Below are positions 37,301 to 47,500 of a stretch of 64,000 nt of DNA, piece by piece; position 1 is the first letter of the stretch; each line of letters starts with the position of its first letter. Origin of the DNA: Nageia nagi (Eukaryota; Plantae; Pinophyta); the NCBI GenBank assembly GCA_050084985.1, contig JBITNC010000001.1, forward strand, positions 25,792,001 through 25,856,000, written 5' to 3'. The notes beneath the pieces were generated by a model. It had not been told where the DNA came from, made no database searches, and saw only the letters and a list, made by a program, of their open reading frames with translations. The position numbers and the translations under genes were made by a program.

Positions 37301-40300
37301 CATAATTATGACTTTTTAAGGCATGTGCTTGGCTTTGAAGGACTCTTGGACAAGCACGAAGGTGAAAATGTGACTTTTAAGAAGGTGCACTTAGCATGAA
37401 GGGTCTTTCAGGTGACTCTTAAGTGAAAATTTTGCTAAGGGGTGGACTTGCAAACATCAAAATTGACAAGAAATTGCTCCAGAGGCCAAGCGCATGCCCA
37501 AAAAAGACAAAATTATAATTCCTGGAGAGATGCACTCAGCTTTGGAAGTCTTCTCAATGACTTGAACATGAAAATTCAACTAGGGCATGAGGAAAAGAAC
37601 ATCAAAACTAGCACAAAATCACACCAAAAGGCAAGCGCATGATGAAAAAAGTCATAATCATGACTTTTCAAACCATGACTTTGGAACTTCAAAACAAGCT
37701 CAAATTTACCGTAGGAGGAGAGCACATGTTTCAAAAAGACATAACTATGACTTTTGACATGTGCCCTCAAGGTAGAGCTGCTCCCAGTGCAAGAGCATGA
37801 CCTCAAAAGACAAAATTGTGACTTTTTAAAATATGTGTTGAAGGCAGAAGAGCTCCAAGATCATTTCAATGTGAAAATTTGGCTAAGTCTTGGCCCCAAA
37901 AGCACCAAGATCAAGCGAGAATCCCATAAAGAGACGAGCACATGAGCAAAAAAAGGACAAAACATGACTCAAACTAGGAGGTCACCCAATTCAGGCGCAC
38001 CATTTCAAAAGACAAGTTTTTGATTTTTTGGTGATGCGCCCTATCCTAGGTGCCCAGGTTTCAAAGGTGAAGGGTTCCAAATCGTTCCAACGATGCCTAC
38101 AGGTGGACAATTGCCCCTGCGCATGCCTCCTCAAGCTAACCTTGATTTGAGTGGTAAGCTTGCCTCGAAAATCACATCCATCCAATTTTGCATCCTTTTA
38201 CTCAAAATGGCAGAGGCAAGCTCCAAGGTGCAAAAGAGGAAGATCGATCCAAAGGAGGTGGTGACTACCGATGGTGCTTCATCAAAGAAGAAGTTCAATA
38301 TTGACCTAGCAGCTTTGATCAGAATGTCACATGAAGACCCTAGCCAAAGGGTGAAAAAATAAAATTCGTCTTCAAGGTCAATAACACATTGTCATTCACC
38401 AAGATCTTCCTGAATAAAGATCGTGAGAAATCTCAAGACCTAGAAGTCCATACCTAGAAGATGGAGATAAACAAGATCAAGACCACAAGAGCGTAATGAA
38501 TCAAAAAATTCAAAAGGATTGCTGAAGAACTGGAGGAGAGCCAAAATCTTGAAGAAAAGAACATGCTTCCAAAGCCATACCATCCTCAAGACGAGCTAGC
38601 CATTCAAGAGTGAGGGCATCCTTGATGTGCTTGATAGAGGAATGAAGAAGATTTCAAGTCATGTGTTGCAAAGGTGAAAGAGCTAGACAAATTCATGAGC
38701 ACTAGTTGGATGGAGGCATTGTACTTGAGATGCACCATTTTCAATTTCATTTTATTTTGCACAATTTTATTTCAATTTGGATCTCAAAACATTATTCATT
38801 TTGATTGAGCCTTGTGATGGATAAGGATTTGCTCCCACAAGTGTTGGAGTTAATCTTGTATTGACACTTGTCATTTCTTGGTTAGAATTAGGGTTTATTT
38901 CAACTTATTTCATTTAAATTTGCATTAGGCTTAGGGCAACACCGTAAAAACAATAAATAGCCCTAGAGGGCTCATTTTTGAAAAAGAGGATGATCATTTG
39001 CTCAAGAGGAGAACTATTTTGAAAATTGCTAAAACTCTTGTACTTTCTTGTATGTGAATGTTTAGCATAATTTAATACATCGAGACTTGTTTCACTAAAT
39101 GGGATTGTGGACTTGAGTACTTGTACTTAGTGTTTACTTCTGGTTGCTATATGACTTGTGTGCATTTCTCGCAAGTGTAGGCTAGTAAGAAAGTTGAATG
39201 AATATCTTAAGAAGTTGCGTGGTTGCCACATGATAGACATTCTTCACTCTTTCGCATGTGAATGGATATATGTTAGTGAAGTTCTTTCTATGTTGTTTGG
39301 TTTGATGGGCTACTATGTTGTTGCACTTGGTAACACTGCTATAAGCTTCATTTTGCTCGCAACTTGGACTTACTCATTTGTGGCAAGGATTGGATAAGTG
39401 AAGAGACACATCATAATAAACCCGGAGAGAAGATGATCCAACCACTAATCCATTGGTAAACTTGTCTCTAAATGAACTCACCTCGTATGCCATCATCACC
39501 ACTTTGCACTTCCTTTTACCTTTACTTTGTTATTTTTCCTTTTTTTACCATCAAAAGTCTATCCTTTCAATCGGTGCAAGACAACTCTAGTGCCCGCAGT
39601 AAAACGTGTTAACAGTTGTTGTCTCTCTTCCCCACTGGGTCATTCCAAGTTCAAGTTCTTATCACTTCCATAAACAACATTTTGAGATACGAAACCTTGG
39701 GGTAACCAGTCCTTGCAAGCAGAGGTTAATAACGCAACCTCAACCACATGTTGGATGTCTTTCCATTTATCACCCTAGGTGTTCTTTGTAAGAGGAAGAA
39801 AAAACATCCCAACACAATTTATGTTTTTACACGAACTTGGAGAGGATATACAGACAAGACTTATTTAGAGGTTATGGACCGAAGGCAAGGCAGCAAATAG
39901 TTTGTGATCTTGGAGGGAAAATATTCACATTATGAAGCATTAGATGAATTCTGGAAGTAAAGGAATGCCAAATCCAGACAAAACTAGGCTAGATTCAACT
40001 CTCGGAACTGGTTCAGGATCAATCTGGCTCAACAATCAGATTGGTCACATTTTGGGATAAGGATTCCACAACGTCGAGTATCTTGTGATGGACAGTCCAA
40101 CACATCCATGTTTTGCAATTTTTGGAATTTGGCGGCAAATTGAAATTTTTTTAATGCTTCTTGCATGATTGTGCATATTATGGAATTTTCCTTGCAAAAT
40201 TCAGTTTTAATCACTCATGAAATTGATTCAAAGAAATACTGGAGAAGATGAGTGTTGCAGATTTTTTGAAGTATGTACAACCTTGCATATGAAATCACAA

Positions 40301-41810
40301 ATCTCAAGATGATCAAGTGAGTATTTGCTTTTGCTTTATATATAATTATACACTAAGAAGTCTAATTTTGACTTCACCAAAATGGGATTACCTACGCCAA
40401 CATGCATGTTGCTATACGAAATAAGATGAATAGAATAAGAAACTTGATATGATTTGCCAGGAATGCGTTCCCGTAGAATCTTGGATAATACCTTTTAATC
40501 CATTATCAAAATAAAAATATAGTTAAGATTGCAAGAACCCTTTTGATAGTTTAAAAAAAAAAAAGATCGAAAGGATCCAAAACAAAATAACCTATATTTA
40601 GATCAATATATTATTTGATGTAAATTTAATTTATTCTGAAAATTAATAAATAAAACTTCATAGGAACTACAAGAAAACATCAATTAATATAAATCAATAA
40701 CCAATTTTCAATAAATGATTTAAATTAAATGTGTCCTATGTCATCAATGTATTTTGTTCTTGACTTTATGGAAAACTAGCCTCGTACACGAAAGGCCCAC
40801 ACCATTATCATCCTTACTGTTGTTAAATTTCAATAGCTTCCTTGATTATAATCTTGAAAACATTATTCCTTTAGTTGTTATTTTCGAAATTTTAATGCAG
40901 AGAATATGATGATTTCAGATATATATGTTCCATTAATGTTGATTTTCCTTGTAAAATTAAGGTGGAAATATTTGGTATGCTTTTTATGCAGGTCTGGAGA
41001 GATTTCCATGTTTCTCCAATGTGTACCTTATCAAGCAAGCATGAAATGAAATATTCTTGCACTATGTTTTGAATCAACAGTACCTTCTTCGATTGAATTT
41101 CTTCTTGGCAAACAAAAACAGGTTTAATTATTGTTGATTAATCTTCTATTACTATTTTAATAATCAACACATAAAAAAGTAGAAAGGTACTACTGAAAGA
41201 TACACAATAATATTATAATTACTTATTGTATTACTTGAAAAATAATATTAATAAAAACCAAACCATTATAATATCTTTAATCTGTTCAGATGTAACGTAA
41301 TTTACATGTATATATTGATTAAATTAAAGTTTTTTTTTAACAAATACATTAATTATATCACATAAATCTGAAATAGAAAAGCAAATGGATCATCTGTACA
41401 CAAATATAACACAACAAATTCTTTGCTTTGATTCACTCACTCGCTAACTAAAAATCATGTTATAGAAAGAAAACCGTCATTCACATTGATCATCGTTCCT
41501 GATGTTATTTTAGTTCAAAGTCCGCGGAAACTAACCGAGACGACAAAGATTTCTGAGAGCAAAAGAATCAAAAAGGAGAGCTAAGATCGTCTCAATTTCG
41601 ATTCCTACTTGTTAAGAAAACATACCTCTTCTGAATGAATACAATCCTGCTGCGCAAGAATTTCTGTTGCACTTGTAACCTCTTCGAACTATCCAATAAA
41701 GAAATTGTTGTTGAATTCCTCGAGGATTTATCTGGCACAAGAGCTCTGCCCAAGGATAAGGTGGAGGGCAAATTAAGATTATAATGATGGGCTAGGGTTA
41801 TTGTGTCCAT
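7296..41810 (-). CDS. STR16: Spliced gene (6 coding exons): single-domain rhodanese/thiosulfate sulfurtransferase, STR15(SEN1/DIN1)/STR16-like, probable plastid transit peptide; 189 aa
   Basis: Exons 41626-41810, 35791-35895, 32190-32263, 31941-32011, 31771-31824 and 7296-7376 all have GT..AG boundaries with compatible phases (570 nt). They translate to [10 protein letters not shown]...[113 protein letters not shown], with rhodanese motifs LDVR..EF..GH, CxSGxRS and GGxxAW. The symbol is family-level; exact orthology (STR15/16/17/18) is not established. Confidence 0.93.
7556..8024. repeat. Tandem duplication, ~233-bp unit x2
   Basis: CATGACCACCTATTTGCAC... at 7556 and 7789; copies nearly identical. 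Confidence 0.95.
8240..8680. repeat. Tandem duplication, ~236-bp period, with an identical 58-bp block
   Basis: 8385-8442 equals 8621-8678 exactly; the preceding ~115 bp of each copy are clearly diverged. Confidence 0.85.
10601..11031. repeat. AT-rich tandem duplication, ~214-bp unit x2
   Basis: AAACTATGTTA at 10622 and 10836, with colinear downstream sequence. Confidence 0.85.
11119..11164. repeat. Interrupted (TA)n microsatellite
   Basis: Direct sequence. Confidence 0.9.
11400..11949 (-). mobile_element. Truncated LTR fragment of the same family as solo LTR C
   Basis: Reverse-complement homology to 18620-19150 (e.g. ccgaatctcacctaggagtcatccca); terminus GGGATGTCACA at 11949. Confidence 0.8.
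13600..15320. repeat. Cluster of degenerate tandem arrays (~120-bp units at 13840-14200, ~44-bp units at 14520-14700, ~53-bp units at 15005-15310)
   Basis: Recurring ATTATTGTGCAC.../TATCCTTG.TTG.A; GATATCT.GCATATCACCATTATT; CCACATTGTTACTTCCATGATGGGAAGTTATATCCATG. Confidence 0.85.
16940..17400. repeat. Degenerate short-unit tandem array (GATATCATGTTTTGATG-like)
   Basis: Repeated tgatattgttagatatcatgttttgatgt motifs between two PPT-like AAGGGGGAG sites of element A. Confidence 0.7.
19771..19986. repeat. 113-bp tandem repeat x2 within LTR D
   Basis: CGGAAGAGATGACGTCAGCGATTTCGGGCC... at 19771 and 19884. Confidence 0.9.
20252..20807. repeat. 139-bp tandem repeat x4 within LTR D
   Basis: GGACATCGC... 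at 20252, 20391, 20530 and 20669; units nearly identical; each unit has two TTCCGGAGTCC(G/A)GAGA.GATGAC cores. Confidence 0.97.
22297..25525 (-). pseudogene. Gypsy pol pseudogene (RT-RH-INT-chromodomain) of element B
   Basis: ORF-track fragments 24767..25525, 24366..24647, 24078..24356, 23267..23500, 22297..22512; multiple stops and frameshifts. Confidence 0.9.
27600..31125 (+). mobile_element. 5'-truncated RTE-X-like LINE (same group as 300-3570), interrupted by solo LTR E
   Basis: [27 protein letters not shown] (~28232), KQGYPLS, LFADD (ORF 28534..28824), FRVCSH.LRIET (~29205), split E-S|-DHFVFR motif, (TTTC)n 3' tail ~31102-31125. Confidence 0.85.
29302..30461 (-). mobile_element. Solo LTR E (1160 bp), B/C family
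   Basis: TGTAAAG...GGATGTCACA, perfect TSD TCTAA (29297-301 / 30462-66), colinear with LTR 25787-26886. Confidence 0.92.
31481..31570 (-). other. Candidate proximal alternative terminal exon of the rhodanese gene
   Basis: tatttttacacaaacag| acceptor 200 bp after exon 5; phase-0 open frame [29 protein letters not shown]; AATAAA (minus strand) at 31435-31440. No transcript evidence available. Confidence 0.35.
31771..31824 (-). CDS. STR16: Rhodanese gene exon 5 (catalytic Cys)
   Basis: ttttgcag|GGGTGC...GCTTCT|gtaaga; encodes [18 protein letters not shown]. Confidence 0.95.
31941..32011 (-). CDS. STR16: Rhodanese gene exon 4
   Basis: atttag|GGATGGCA...GTTGTG|gtatga; encodes (G)[23 protein letters not shown]. 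Confidence 0.95.
32190..32263 (-). CDS. STR16: Rhodanese gene exon 3
   Basis: ttggcag|GACACC...GGAGAAG|gtttgt; encodes (R)[24 protein letters not shown](G); overlaps ORF-track 32095..32376. Confidence 0.95.
32900..33420 (-). mobile_element. Possible degraded L1 ORF2 C-terminal fragment in intron 2
   Basis: Trp-rich fragments (SEWFWET; HFNLWIA) resemble L1 ORF2 C-termini; very degenerate. Confidence 0.3.
35791..35895 (-). CDS. STR16: Rhodanese gene exon 2
   Basis: tgtgtgcag|G ATA CAA...GAT GTC AG|gtgaat; encodes [34 protein letters not shown](R). Confidence 0.93.
36350..39814 (+). mobile_element. Long solo LTR F (3465 bp, probably Gypsy) in intron 1
   Basis: TGTTGTG...CCCAACA termini, near-TSD CAAGT/CAATT, degenerate internal repeats (GCGCATG..AAAAGACAAAA.T.TGACTTT, 36650-38060), TATA-like AATAAATAG ~38952. 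No PBS after the 3' end. Confidence 0.75.
40790..41190 (-). mobile_element. Penelope-like element remnant (GIY-YIG endonuclease region)
   Basis: Frameshifted translation [32 protein letters not shown]...KSTLMEH...NHHILC...[10 protein letters not shown]...SKDDNG. This matches the Penelope-type pattern GVY.IPC.C.K.YIGETGRS...R..EH...SALAEH...H...R..REAIEI...NRDDG. Confidence 0.7.
41626..41810 (-). CDS. STR16: Rhodanese gene exon 1 (Ser/Thr/Arg-rich, transit-peptide-like)
   Basis: ATG at 41810, 185 nt, ends AAGAG|GTATG (phase 2), in frame with exon 2. Rich in S/T/L/R, poor in acidic residues. Confidence 0.75.
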
Positions 41811-41832
41811 CGGTGCAATGTTCGAATCCCGT

Positions 41833-41840
41833 TGACGTCA
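41833..41840. promoter_or_regulatory. Palindromic TGACGTCA (C-box/CRE, bZIP-type site) about 23 bp upstream of the rhodanese ATG
   Basis: Perfect 8-bp palindrome retaining CpG in a CpG-depleted window; function not shown. Confidence 0.3.
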
Positions 41841-42368
41841 AGATCCTTACAGAACGATTTGTTCCTTGTGTGGGGTTGTGCAGCCATAAGGCCACGAGGG
41901 AGCGACAAGATATGCACTGTCAGAATTGATTAAATTTACGTGAACAAAGAGCATTGTCTATAATTTGTCGATAATGTTATCTTATTTTTCTGAAATAGGT
42001 ATATTACAAAGTATCTTTCTTCAATGATTAGAGATATACTTTTAGTATAATTTTCTTTCTTTTATTAAATAGTTTTAATTTCTAAATTATTATATGTAAG
42101 AGTTTTTTTTGTTGGTAGTTTATCTTCTTTTTTTTTTTTGATGAAAAGACTTTATATTAAATAAAATGCTTTATCATACAAAAGGGGCGGGTGGGATTGA
42201 GCACACCCCGATCGTCACACTAGCTTGATAAAAAAGTTAGGAAGCAGAAACAAAATCATACATGATCCAAATATTCATCAAAGGAAAAATATCTCGAAGC
42301 TTTATCAGATACCCAGACTAAAAAAAACATAAAAATGCACTACTGAGAGCCCTCCACTGATAAGTAAG

Positions 42369-45300
42369 TCAATCCACTGGAGGCCCATAGTTATGTGAGC
42401 GAGAAGCATCCTCAATCTGGTTAGGGAGTCCACTAGTAGAGCAGGGAGCATTGCACCAGTGATCCAACAAATTTTGTAAGTGCTGAACCTCAATATGTAC
42501 CTTTTCTGCTTGATTAAAAATCTGTAACAAACAATCATAAAAGACTATGTATTTATCAGAAAGAGAGAATACAGAAGAAGCTTCTTGTCTACCATAAATA
42601 ATGTTATTTCGAGTCTTCCAGAGGTGAAAAAGTATACTAAGACGAAAAATATGCCAAACTTCTTGAAGAGGTTCTGAGAAATGAAGAGGATCCCCAAACA
42701 GAGCATGAACCCAAGTGCACGGAGTAGACAGAAAAGGGTTAAAAAAAGAGAGAATCCATATCCAGGCATCATGAGCTTTGTCACATGACCAGAAAACATG
42801 CAAAAAATCTTCTGGTTGATTGCAGAATGCACACAGAGGGTTAGGAACACCTAGATATTTTCTTCGAATACCAATAGGAAGACCTTGATGTAACAAACTC
42901 CAACCAAGAAAACTTTGTTTAGGCTCCAAGAAGGAAGACCAAACAACCTTAAATCTTAACTTCCAACGAGATTGAACAGAGAATAAATCCCATCGGACAT
43001 TAAGAGTATCAGCCATAGGAACATGAGGAGAAAGCAAAAAGTAGCCCATATGAGACTTATACTTATTCATCTGAATTCTTTTAGGCCAAACCCAATCTGA
43101 CCACCAGGGCTTTTGAAACTTCTTCCCAAGTTTAGTCCAGAAAGATAGAGGAGTTCTATCAATAAGATATTCAAAAGTATACTTATCATCTGCCTTGAGA
43201 TTATACAACTCTCGAAACTTATCCCAAGAGAACCAAGATCTAGTTTGAGGATCATACAGGTCCAAGAAAGAGTCAATGCCTTTGCGATGAAATCTGAGAG
43301 CTCTAATCCATTGAATTTGAGAAGGAAGTAACCCATTATCAATAATTATAGGGGACCACCATAGATTTAAAGAAGAGCAAGAAGCACCTGCCTTTTTATC
43401 ACATCCTTTCCATGTCAACCATGGCTTTAAGGCCTCCCAAGCTTTCCATATACTTTTAACAACAAAAGAACTAGAAATTTTAAACTGCACAGGGGCAGTA
43501 AGAATTGTATGAAAATTCATTCCTTTCCAAACCCTTTTGCCAAGGGGAGTACCTGTTGATATGCAATGTCTGACTAGGATTTTCCAAGCCTCGTCCCCTT
43601 CAAAGCTCGAATAACCCATTTGGCACATAAAGCAATCCCTTGTTTTTCACAATTAAACATTCCCATACCTCCAGTGGATCTGGTCATGCAGCAAGAATCC
43701 CAAGCAACCCGGTGGAAGCCTCTTTTATGAGCATCTGAAGCCCAAATAAAATCCCTAAGCAGTCGATCAAGCTTATTATAGCAAGACTTAGCAGGCACCC
43801 AACAGGAGGAGTAATAGACATGGGTGGAAGCTAATATCTTGGAACAAATTTGAAATTTTCCTGCAAGGGAAAGTTTCTTTGTGGACCAGTAGGCTAGCTT
43901 TTTTTCCACTTTTTGGACTACATCTTTCCATAGCTGAGCAGGGGAGGCTTCAAAAGCAAAGGGGATACCTAGAAACTTAAATGTTTCACCTGGCTGAATC
44001 CATTTCCATGAAAAATTAATAAGCCATTGAGGAATATCCTTAAAATATTGTCTATAACAAGAAGTCTTATTCCATTGAATACTAGATCCAGAAGCTAAGC
44101 AAAAAGTGTTTAAACATTTAAGTGCAGTATTAACAGACTGCTCATCTTCTGCCACAGTAAGAAAAGAATCATCTGCAAAATGTCCATTTAAAAGAGATTT
44201 ATCTGAATGAGGCAAAGCAATACCTTTGATCATTCCTTGGGAGGCTTGAAAGGCTAACAAATAGCTAAAAGCTTCAGCAGCTAAAATAAAAAGAGAAGGG
44301 GCTAAAGGACACCCTTATCGTATAGAGCGAGCTAACAGGATGGACTAAGATTGAGCATTATTCATTGTTAAAATAGCAGAAGCATCTCTGAACAACATAT
44401 TGATAGATCTAAGAAAATAAGGACCAAAGCCAAGAGCCTGCAACATGGCTAAAATGAACCTCCATTCAATACGATCATAGGCTTTTTCAAAGTCAATTTT
44501 AATAAAAAGAGCATCTTGTCCTGAAGATTGAGCCCATTGCATACCTTCCCAGACAGCAATAACATTATCAAGAATATATCTTCCTTGCACAAAACCAGTT
44601 TGCTCTGGTCGGACAATGAGAGGTAACAAGGGATGAAGCTTGAGAGCTAAAGCTTTAGCAATGATTTTATACCTAACATTTAACAGAGTGATGGGTCTCC
44701 AATTTGTAATAATTTCTGGATCACCAGATTTTGGGATGAATTTGATATTACCTTTGTTGATTAAAGCTCCCAAAGAACCAGTATGCATAGCTTCCTGATA
44801 AACATGTAAAAGATCAGGACCAACCATATCCTAAAAAGTTTTATAGAATTCACAAGGAAAACCATCAAGACCAGGAGTTTTGTCATTAGCCATATCAGAT
44901 AAAGCAAGTTTCAGCTCTTCTAAAGTTAAAGGAGAATCACAAAACTCTCTCTGAATAGTATTCAACTGCTGAGGTATGACATTGCAGCAATCATTAAGAG
45001 GTTGTTGGCTAGCTATAGTAATAGGTTGGGAAGCAAAAACCTTCTCATAATGCTGAATAAAAGCTTGAACAATATCAGGGAAATTGGTGATTCTGTTACC
45101 ATCATGCTGTAAAGCTTGAAATTGGGTAGTATGCAGGGGGGGCGCAATCTTTTGAAGAACTCTTTTGAGACTCATCTCCCACCTTAAGCCATTTCAAGCG
45201 AGACTTAAGCTGAGCTCCTTTAGCTGCATAAACTTCTGCTTTTCTAATTTCATGTCTGAGAGCTGCAACATTAGCTTAAAGAGTAATATTAAAGGGATCA

Positions 45301-46334
45301 GCCTCAAGAGAGCGAGAAGCTCTAGCAAATTCAGTTCGAATGACAAGGTTGGACTTACGCCTCCTTTTAGCAAACTCTGCTCCAATGGTTCTAAGAACTT
45401 TAGTAGTTCTTGAAATGGCATTATTCCACCAAGTGATCCAACCAGTCACACCAAGAGGCCGAGGGATAATATTCCAAATGCGAAAAATGTGCTCTTTCAT
45501 AGAGGGACATGGCAACAAGGAAGTGTTCATATACCACTAAGGTTTGAAGATTCTTTAGGAATATGATTGTATTTAATATTGAACATTATTGGAGCATGAT
45601 CAGATAGAGTAGTATCTGGCACCACATAAACAGGAGGAGATTGGGATATAAGATTCTCAAAATAAAAAGAATCTGATTCTGAAAGCATAGCTCTATCAAG
45701 CCTTTTCAAAACTCAATTATTTCCTGCTTGTAAATTAGACCAAGTAAACCAATGAGACTCTTGAAAATTTGTAGGTGAGAAGGTAGAATTCGGATCATAT
45801 AGGCTAAGCTTATTTTTAAGAAAAAACCAAGCTTCTCTTTCACCCAAATTCCAGCGAAAAGGGTTATGACTTTGTTTATCAACAAATTTTTCTACCATAT
45901 TAAAGTCCCCACATAAGACCCAAGTTGCAAGAGGTAAGGAGAAAGCTAACCAACTCCAAAGAGACCGCCTATCATGAGCATCATTTGAAGCATAAATATT
46001 AATAAGACCGAAAGGTTTACCATGCAACTCAAACAAAGTCCAAACCGCTTGATTTGAAGGGTCCACCCCCCAAGAAACCATATGTGACTGCCATTTTTGG
46101 GAAATAAAAGTGATAGCACCACCAGAACCATTAACATGATTTGTATGAAAAAAATTACCACTCTGCCAGAGAAACTTACAGGTACACTATAACAGAAAAT
46201 CTGTAATTTTAACTTCTTGAAGGCAAACAAAATCAACACTACCAAACTGGAGATTGACATCAGCAATCTCATCTCGGACGTATATTTACAGGATGGGTCT
46301 ATAACCCTCTTACATTCCATGAGAAAAAAATCAT
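42369..46334 (-). pseudogene. L1 ORF2 (APE-RT-zinc finger) pseudogene
   Basis: ORF-track fragments 45713..46081, 44831..45175, 44345..44827, 43574..44260, 42369..43628; stops and frameshifts. Confidence 0.9.
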
Positions 46335-47500
46335 GAGTTACTATGTAGGGTTTGAAGATCCATATCATCCCCCATGGAACCCATGTCCTGTAAAACTGTA
46401 AATGCATTACCCTTTCTAAGTTGCTCATCAACCTGACATTTTTTCTCCAAAGGTCCTTCATAAGCTCCTCTTTGGGGACTATGAGATCGACCAACTTTAT
46501 GACCAAAAATTCCTTCTGTACCCTGGGAATAAGGAGTAGCAACAACAGCAGCAAAAGAAGGTCCTGACCATTCATTATGAATAGGTTGATTGGAAGAGGG
46601 GTTTTGATTCACAATAGTAACTTCTGGACCAGGAGGGCTTTCAGAGGAAGGAACTGGAGCAGGGTGGGATGGTTGAGTGATAGATTCTTGTGGAACAGAT
46701 TGGCGTTATGACGGTTAGGAACCATTTTCCATTCCTCCTCCCCTTTAGAAGGATTTTGAGTTGATGCAGCAGGTTTCTCCACAGAGACAAGTGATTTTGC
46801 TTTGTGCTGGCTTGCCATGAGAGGGCAATCCCTAATCTTATGAAGGGAAGATTGATAACGAAAACATGTGTCAGGTAAACCAATATACTGAACTTTTTGC
46901 ATAAGAGATTCATTTCCAATAACAATTTCAATTTCTTCTGGCCTGTCCTTGGTGATATCAATTCTAACACAAACACGACAAGAAGGTCGAGCTGAGAAAA
47001 AACGTTCAGGCTCATAACACACAAAAGTTCCAATTTGCTCAGCCATGGGTTTAAGAAAACTCCACATAGGAATAGGGAGGTTCGGAAACTCAATCCAAAC
47101 AGGGACTTTCGTTGCAGAATTTCGTTCTACAGAGAATTGGCTATTAAAAGCTTGAAGGATTAACAGGGAATTTCGAACTGTCCAAGGTCCTTTAGACAAG
47201 GCTTTCTGTGCCTGAGAGACTTCATCAAAATGAAAGAGAAAAAAACCCTTAGTCAAATTGCGGACATTCTCTACTTTAATACCATATGGCCCCAAACTTG
47301 TTGAACCCAAGTACGTAGCATAGAATCATTAGGAATACGACCCAGAAAGTACCCAACCAGGGTATGAGACTCAAACCACTGACATGCAGAATTGAACTCA
47401 CTTACAGGAACCAAAAGCTTAGGAACAGAAGAGGTACCTCATGCTCGACCTTCAGAAGGAATTTCCTTAGATGTTTCTCGATCGCCATCACTCATACCAT
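46331..47500 (-). pseudogene. L1 ORF1 (DUF4283/RRM-like + zinc knuckle) pseudogene
   Basis: ORF-track 46609..47310 and 46331..46612; the stop codon overlaps the ORF2 ATG (ATGA). Confidence 0.85.
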
